NCBI GenBank assembly: GCA_030647485.1
Contig: JAUSJT010000004.1
Span: forward strand, 173,088-237,087
DNA length: 64,000 bases
DNA from: a bacterium
Lineage (GTDB): Bacteria > Patescibacteriota > Minisyncoccia > Minisyncoccales > UBA10102
Direction: 5' to 3'
Positions 61,918 to 64,000 of this stretch are shown here, in pieces. The notes under the pieces were generated by a model. The model made no database searches and was not told the origin of the DNA. It worked only from the letters and a program-made list of their open reading frames with translations. Position 1 is the stretch's first letter; each line of letters opens with the position of its first letter. A program made the translations under genes and the position numbers.

Positions 61918-64000
61918 ACACCGACCAACAAAGCAAATCTTGGGTTGTTTGTCTCTCCACCTTTCCGCCACGACAGTGCGGTATAGCTACCTTTACAGCC
62001 GACCTTAGCGATGTCATCGATCAAATGTTTGGACCGTCGGTTAAGTCAAAAATTGTCGCGATGAATCTCACTGAAGTAAGCCATTTCCCTTATTCCAATA
62101 AAGTAATTCTCCAGATAAGCCAGCCTCGCGAAGAGGATTATATTAACGTTGCCAACAAGCTCAACCAACTCAAAGAGGTAAAGCTCGTTAACATTCAACA
62201 TGAATTCGGTATCTTCGGAGGAGAATATGGCTCGTATCTGCTTCTTCTTTTGGAAAAACTTCAGAAACCGATTGTTACTACTTTCCATACCGTTCTTCCC
62301 AATCCGGACGAAAGAAGGCGCGACATTGTTCAAACTATAATGAAATATTCTAAGGGAATAATCGTTATGACCAACTCTTCAAAAGAAATTCTCGAGAAGG
62401 ATTACGGATTAGATCCCGATCGAATCCAAGTTATTCCTCACGGAATCCATCACGTATCCTATAGGACCAGCAAGCAAGCCAAATCTGCCCTCGGCTTTTC
62501 TGATAAAATAATCCTCTCAACCTTCGGATTTCTTAGTCGTGGCAAAGGGATTGAGTATATAATCGAGGCATTGCCAGCAGTGGTAGGAAAATTCCCCAAT
62601 ACCCGCCTTCTTGTCGCCGGTTCCACCCACCCTGTTGTTTTAGAGCAGGAAGGTGAAACCTACCGTAATTTTCTTACTCAAAAAGTGCGCCAGCTTGATT
62701 TAAGCAACTACGTTTATTTTTATAATACCTTTTTGAATATGAATAAACTTCTTCAATTTTTAGAGGCTACGGATATATATCTTTCCACTTCTTTAAACCC
62801 GGATCAAGCCGTCTCAGGCACTTTATCTTACGCCCTTGGTAGCGGCCGTCCGATTATATCCACAGCCTTTGCTCAAGCCAAAGAAGACGTCACTAATGAG
62901 GTTGGTATATTGGTTGATTTCAGAAACCCGCAGGCTTTTACCGAAGCAATCATTAAATTAATAAGTAATAACGAATTATGCTTACAGATGGGTAAAAATG
63001 CTTATTTTCGCACCAGGCATATGACCTGGGAAAATGTCGCCAATTCCTATATGAAATATTTCTCGCAATTTACGCCGGAGTTAATCTCGGAGCAGAAAAA
63101 ACTTCCGCCCGTAAAACTTGAGCACCTTGCCAAACTAACTGATAATTTTGGTATTATCCAGTTTGCCAAACTTACTGAGCCAGACATCTCTTCCGGATAT
63201 ACTTTGGATGATAATGCCCGGGCCTTAATTGCGGCAACGATTCATTATAAAAAATTCAGAACTAATTCTGTGCTAAAACTTGCCTCCATATATCTCAATT
63301 TTGTCTGCCGGGTGGCCAAACCCGATGGTTATTTTTACGATTACGTCAATTCGAATCGAGACGTCGACAAACAAAGAAATATTCAGGAAAATTCAGAAGA
63401 TCCAAGTGCTAGGGGACTATATGCTCTTGCCTTAGTTTCAACCACAGGGCAAATCCCAAAACGCATGAGGCATCAAGCCCACTCTCTTTTTGAGCAAAGT
63501 TTCCAGAAAAATATTGCTTTTTCCTCGCCTCGCGCCATAGCTTTTTACATCAATGCTCTCTACTGTTTGCTTTCGAAATGGAAAGAACCCCGGACTCTCG
63601 CCGTATTAAGATCGTGCTGCGAACATCTCGTAGACCTGTACGAGAAAAGCCACTCGCCCGACTGGGAATGGTTTGAGCATTATTTAACGTATTCAAATGC
63701 TATCCTGCCGGAAGCGCTTCTCCTTGGATATAAAATAACCGGAGAGAAAAGATATCTTGAAGTATCTAAGAAAACCCTCGGTTTTTTAATTGAGCAAACC
63801 TTTAAGGATAATATGTACATTTCCATTGGCCAAAGCGGTTGGTTTCTCAAGGGAGAGGAAAGACAATATTTTGACCAACAGCCCGAAGATGTCGCTGCCA
63901 CCGTAGGGTTTCTTAATACGATGTTTCAAGTGACGAAAGTTGATCGTTACAGGGAATTAGCAAACATCGCATTTAACTGGTTTCTGGGAGATAATGTTCT
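61914..64000 (+). CDS. GT4-type glycosyltransferase fused to a C-terminal helical domain (3' end beyond window)
   Basis: Hand-translated frame is open from ATG 61914 (overlapping the upstream TGA) to the window edge. GT-B motifs (HEFGIFGG, FGFLSRGKGIEY, SGTLSYALGSGRPIIST). An additional region of more than 300 aa follows. Confidence 0.75.
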   Translation, partial: MNTDQQSKSWVVCLSTFPPRQCGIATFTADLSDVIDQMFGPSVKSKIVAMNLTEVSHFPYSNKVILQISQPREEDYINVANKLNQLKEVKLVNIQHEFGIFGGEYGSYLLLLLEKLQKPIVTTFHTVLPNPDERRRDIVQTIMKYSKGIIVMTNSSKEILEKDYGLDPDRIQVIPHGIHHVSYRTSKQAKSALGFSDKIILSTFGFLSRGKGIEYIIEALPAVVGKFPNTRLLVAGSTHPVVLEQEGETYRNFLTQKVRQLDLSNYVYFYNTFLNMNKLLQFLEATDIYLSTSLNPDQAVSGTLSYALGSGRPIISTAFAQAKEDVTNEVGILVDFRNPQAFTEAIIKLISNNELCLQMGKNAYFRTRHMTWENVANSYMKYFSQFTPELISEQKKLPPVKLEHLAKLTDNFGIIQFAKLTEPDISSGYTLDDNARALIAATIHYKKFRTNSVLKLASIYLNFVCRVAKPDGYFYDYVNSNRDVDKQRNIQENSEDPSARGLYALALVSTTGQIPKRMRHQAHSLFEQSFQKNIAFSSPRAIAFYINALYCLLSKWKEPRTLAVLRSCCEHLVDLYEKSHSPDWEWFEHYLTYSNAILPEALLLGYKITGEKRYLEVSKKTLGFLIEQTFKDNMYISIGQSGWFLKGEERQYFDQQPEDVAATVGFLNTMFQVTKVDRYRELANIAFNWFLGDNV

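Noticed and set aside
108-63901. Numerous 60-230 aa ORFs antisense to, or out of frame within, the annotated genes (e.g. 2899-3579, 50570-51136, 22225-22605, 37204-37578)
   Set aside because: They are fully embedded in well-supported conserved genes, lack start signals, and show low-complexity mirror-frame composition.

Overview
The window is a gene-dense chromosome segment read with the standard genetic code. Most of it is housekeeping: translation, replication, cell division and nucleotide metabolism. There are 9 intact tRNAs and 1 tRNA fragment, and no rRNA or CRISPR array.

Several features suggest a reduced Patescibacteria/CPR (Parcubacteria-like) genome, which is inference only:
- rplK is not followed by rplA.
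- PheRS is a single-chain enzyme.
- ProRS and ThrRS are domain-truncated.
- A CarS-like gene and a CofE-like gene are present.

The signals I think most deserve follow-up:
1. A six-copy dispersed structured repeat ('SR element'). Its stems covary between copies, and two copies end 1-3 nt before tRNA 5' ends.
2. A 2.4 kb insertion splitting the conserved rpsP / KH-protein / trmD operon. It has its own consensus promoters, several small orphan ORFs, and a hairpin-dense transcript of about 330 nt (possibly about 650 nt) with GNRA tetraloops.
3. Three loci (dnaX 5' end, ftsI 3' end, tRNA-Glu 3' part) where a gene terminus is duplicated around a small insert. The copies differ mainly at synonymous sites.
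4. A promoter-plus-terminator-bounded candidate sRNA of about 175 nt between gatB and miaA.

Lesser items:
- a phased GTGG/GGGG array upstream of mraZ
- an IS200/RAYT-like element beside a RelE/ParE toxin-antitoxin pair
- a tandem zinc-ribbon protein
- an AT-rich glycan-gene block after tRNA-Gln

All calls come from reading the sequence and ORF translations by eye. No database search was run.
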